Source of the DNA: Dehalococcoidia bacterium
GTDB taxonomy: Bacteria; Chloroflexota; Dehalococcoidia; Lucifugimonadales; JADFKI01
NCBI GenBank assembly: GCA_965204855.1
Contig: OZ242018.1
Coordinates: 1,109,135-1,173,134, forward strand
Length of the DNA: 64,000 bases
Direction: 5' to 3'
Made by a program: the position numbers and the translations under genes. This document shows positions 61,959 to 64,000 of this stretch, piece by piece. Each line of letters begins with the position of its first letter. Position 1 is the stretch's first letter. The notes under the pieces are model-generated. The model saw nothing but the letters and a program-made list of their open reading frames with translations. It was not told the DNA's origin and searched no databases.

Positions 61959-62012
61959 ATCCGTAAAGTAATCTGCGTGTTCTTTCCAATCATGTTAGTC
62001 TCCGCCGCTCGG

Positions 62013-63515
62013 TTACATCAAGCCCGTCCTAAGCCATGTGCCTCTGAAGTAGTACCAGGTGAACGCGACAAGCCTGAGCGCCATGCCGCCAACAATTGCC
62101 GCGGGGATGCCTAGGTGCTCCAGCGGGCTGAAGTTCGCAAGCAAGAATGTAAGCGGAATCTCGAAAGCCCACATCGTTGCGACCGTAATGACCATCGGCG
62201 CGAAGGTTGAGCCGGATGTGTTGAACGCCTGCGTGAAAATCTGCACCGGGCACATGAAGATGTACCCGATGGTCGCTATTACCAGCCATGTGGAAGAAAT
62301 GGCAACGAAGTCGGCGTCGGAGTTGAAGAAGCCTGCAACGGGATCGGGGAAGGCGATGAGAAGCACGAGAAATGGCGCGGCCATACATAATCCGATGCCC
62401 ATGCCCCATCGCACGGCGCTGCGTGCCCGCGCCATGTGCCCCGCGCCGAGATTCTGTCCGGCGAGCGCTCCAGCCGCGCGGCCCATCCCGCGCGAACTCT
62501 GGTTCACCACATTTTCGGCGCGCCGCGCAAGCGCGAATGCGGCAAGCGCCACGTCGCCGAACTGTGCCGCCACTCCCACCACCACGAGTTGGGAGACGCC
62601 GCGCTGCATATTCGTAACCGAGGCGGGCGCGCCCTGCCTCACCAGACTCCATATGAGCGGAAAGTCGATACGAAACTCTCGGAAGCGCAAGCTAATTCGT
62701 CCCCTGCCTGAGCGCAGCGCCCAGTAGGTCATGCCGGTGCCAAACACTTCGGCGATCAGCCGGGCGAACGCTGCCCCCGTCAATCCCATCGCCGGAAGTC
62801 CGAGCCACCCGAAAATGAGAATGGGACTGAGGACAATGTGCATTACACGGGATACCATCGCAGCCTTCAGCGGCGTGATGCTGTCGCCGGACGCCTGAAG
62901 CGCGCCTCCGAACAGCCTATGGTAGCTCAGGCACGCCATCGCCACAAGTTGCACGCGCATGTAGCCGGTTCCCTGTTCGACCGCCGCGTCACTCATTCCG
63001 ATGACGCGAAGCAATGGCTCGGCAAGGAGCAGGCCCGCGGCAATCATCACGAGGGCGAGAGCTGATGTGAGAGTGAACGACTGTACGAGCACATGGTTGG
63101 CGTGTGCTATGCGGCGCGCTCCCACCGAGCGGGCGATCATGGAGCGCATGCTGGAATCCAGACCCATGCGCGCCATCATGATAGTGCTAAGGTACGCTTG
63201 CGCCGCGCCAAGTCCGGCGATGGCGTGGAAGCCGATCCGTCCTGCCCATACCAGGTCAGCCACCTGATCGACGACGCCGAGAAAACCCTCCGCGACCTGC
63301 GGCCAGCCAAGATACCAGACGTGGTTGCGGATGCTGCCCTTGGTCAGGTCGCGGCGTGCGAGGGCTGAGCGCCTTCGAGTGCGAGGGGTTGAGGGCTGGG
63401 AGCGTGGCAGTATGCGGGGAGATGGACGCTTGGAGGCTTGGGACCGCGAATCGTCTTCGTTCATTGAGTCCTTTCGGTCTTGCCTAACAGCGTTCAACGA
63501 TATGCGAAACTGCAT
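62013..63515 (-). CDS. MATE-family efflux transporter
   Basis: 12 TM in two 6-helix halves with a basic N-terminal extension. Start may be ATG 63464. Confidence 0.8.
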   Translation of the reverse strand: MQFRISLNAVRQDRKDSMNEDDSRSQASKRPSPRILPRSQPSTPRTRRRSALARRDLTKGSIRNHVWYLGWPQVAEGFLGVVDQVADLVWAGRIGFHAIAGLGAAQAYLSTIMMARMGLDSSMRSMIARSVGARRIAHANHVLVQSFTLTSALALVMIAAGLLLAEPLLRVIGMSDAAVEQGTGYMRVQLVAMACLSYHRLFGGALQASGDSITPLKAAMVSRVMHIVLSPILIFGWLGLPAMGLTGAAFARLIAEVFGTGMTYWALRSGRGRISLRFREFRIDFPLIWSLVRQGAPASVTNMQRGVSQLVVVGVAAQFGDVALAAFALARRAENVVNQSSRGMGRAAGALAGQNLGAGHMARARSAVRWGMGIGLCMAAPFLVLLIAFPDPVAGFFNSDADFVAISSTWLVIATIGYIFMCPVQIFTQAFNTSGSTFAPMVITVATMWAFEIPLTFLLANFSPLEHLGIPAAIVGGMALRLVAFTWYYFRGTWLRTGLM

Positions 63516-63561
63516 TCTTCAGTCAAATCTACCGGCGGACATAGTCGCATTGATTTGAGGG

Positions 63562-63590
63562 TTGAAATGCAAAATCGAGCAACGTATAAT
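63562..63590 (+). promoter_or_regulatory. near-consensus promoter TTGAAA-17 nt-TATAAT
   Basis: TTGAAA 63562-63567, TATAAT 63585-63590, followed by palindromes TTACATGTAA (63590-63599) and TATTAC-aa-GTAATA (63603-63616). Confidence 0.6.
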
Positions 63591-63633
63591 TACATGTAAG
63601 TATATTACAAGTAATACTATAAGGAGATTTCTC

Positions 63634-64000
63634 ATGAGCGAGAACCAAAACAGGCAGAACGAGAGGGACGAAAGGCGAAGGATGTCCGAGAATGTGGACG
63701 AGATCGTTGACGAGGTGAACAAGACGGTACGCGTGGCTATAGTCAAGGGCGTGGATGCGGCGGAGAGCATTGGCGAGAACATACGCGACACGATTCAGGG
63801 TATGCGCGGCAGCCGGGACAATGTGGTGATGGTGCGTGTTGACAAGGCCAGCCTCGATCGATTGGACGAACTTGTCGAGGCAGGCATCATGGGCAGTCGC
63901 TCTGAGGCTGCGGCATTTCTGATAGCGGAGGGCATCAAGGGTAGGCAGCCGCTGTTCGACCGAATCGGGGAGAAGATACAGGAGATTCGGCAGGCGAAGG
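63634..64000 (+). CDS. ribbon-helix-helix (CopG/Arc-like) protein with charged N-terminal extension; 3' end outside window; absent from ORF track
   Basis: Hand translation: MSENQNRQNERDERRRMSENVDEIV...DNVVMVRVDKASLDRLDELVEAGIMGSRSEAAAFLIAEGIKGRQ... AAGGAGA lies 6 nt before the ATG. Open to the window end. Confidence 0.7.
   Translation, partial: MSENQNRQNERDERRRMSENVDEIVDEVNKTVRVAIVKGVDAAESIGENIRDTIQGMRGSRDNVVMVRVDKASLDRLDELVEAGIMGSRSEAAAFLIAEGIKGRQPLFDRIGEKIQEIRQAK

Noticed and set aside
63519-63791. 90-aa minus-strand ORF
   Set aside because: It overlaps the better-supported RHH gene, which has an SD and promoter. Its product is Ser/Leu/Phe-rich without features.

Overview
64-kb, gene-dense chromosomal segment. 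GC looks high (roughly high-50s % by eye, not computed), with two clearly AT-richer single-gene islets. I can support about 60 protein-coding genes, 2 tRNAs (Met-CAT, Ser-GCT), a few promoters and terminators, and two dispersed families of short intergenic repeats. I recognised no rRNA, CRISPR array, transposase, integrase, reverse transcriptase or phage structural gene. Most content is housekeeping: rel, rpsT, rpsP-KH-rimM, nudC, tandem plsY, aroQ, thrC, moaD-moaE, miaB, nadA-nadC, dtd, purQ/purL, gltX, rluD, lspA. There is also a five-gene catabolic operon (enolase-superfamily enzyme, PaaI thioesterase, MDR oxidoreductase, acyl-CoA ligase, amidohydrolase) next to tautomerase-superfamily genes, an AttH/FtsX/ABC operon, and an orphan AceE-like E1 with hyi and a Gfo/Idh/MocA oxidoreductase. 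Gene content, leaderless-type promoters and repeat style fit a Chloroflexota-like (possibly marine SAR202-type) genome; this is inference only. No complete new system is demonstrated. The leads worth a second look are: (i) a CAGGAT-rich cassette that starts on a stop codon and ends at the next start codon, 26/27 identical at two unrelated gene junctions and present in at least 12 copies; (ii) a ~40-nt hairpin repeat (CACCCCCATCCTAACCTTCCCCC-loop-GGGGGAAGG) in at least 9 full or partial copies, bracketing rpsT and an aminotransferase gene; (iii) two low-GC orphan genes (HsdR_N-type nuclease-domain protein 8391-9380; 580-aa coiled-coil protein 42096-43838), the best candidates for an undescribed defence-type function; (iv) a leaderless gene behind a perfect TTGACA-17-TATAAT promoter encoding an internally duplicated protein of unknown family; (v) a 21-blade RCC1-like lipoprotein; (vi) a VWA-like/TM/FHA-like membrane protein; (vii) a split EamA pair between purQ and purL. 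Start codons that differ from the ORF track were re-derived by hand. Repeat boundaries are accurate to a few nt.
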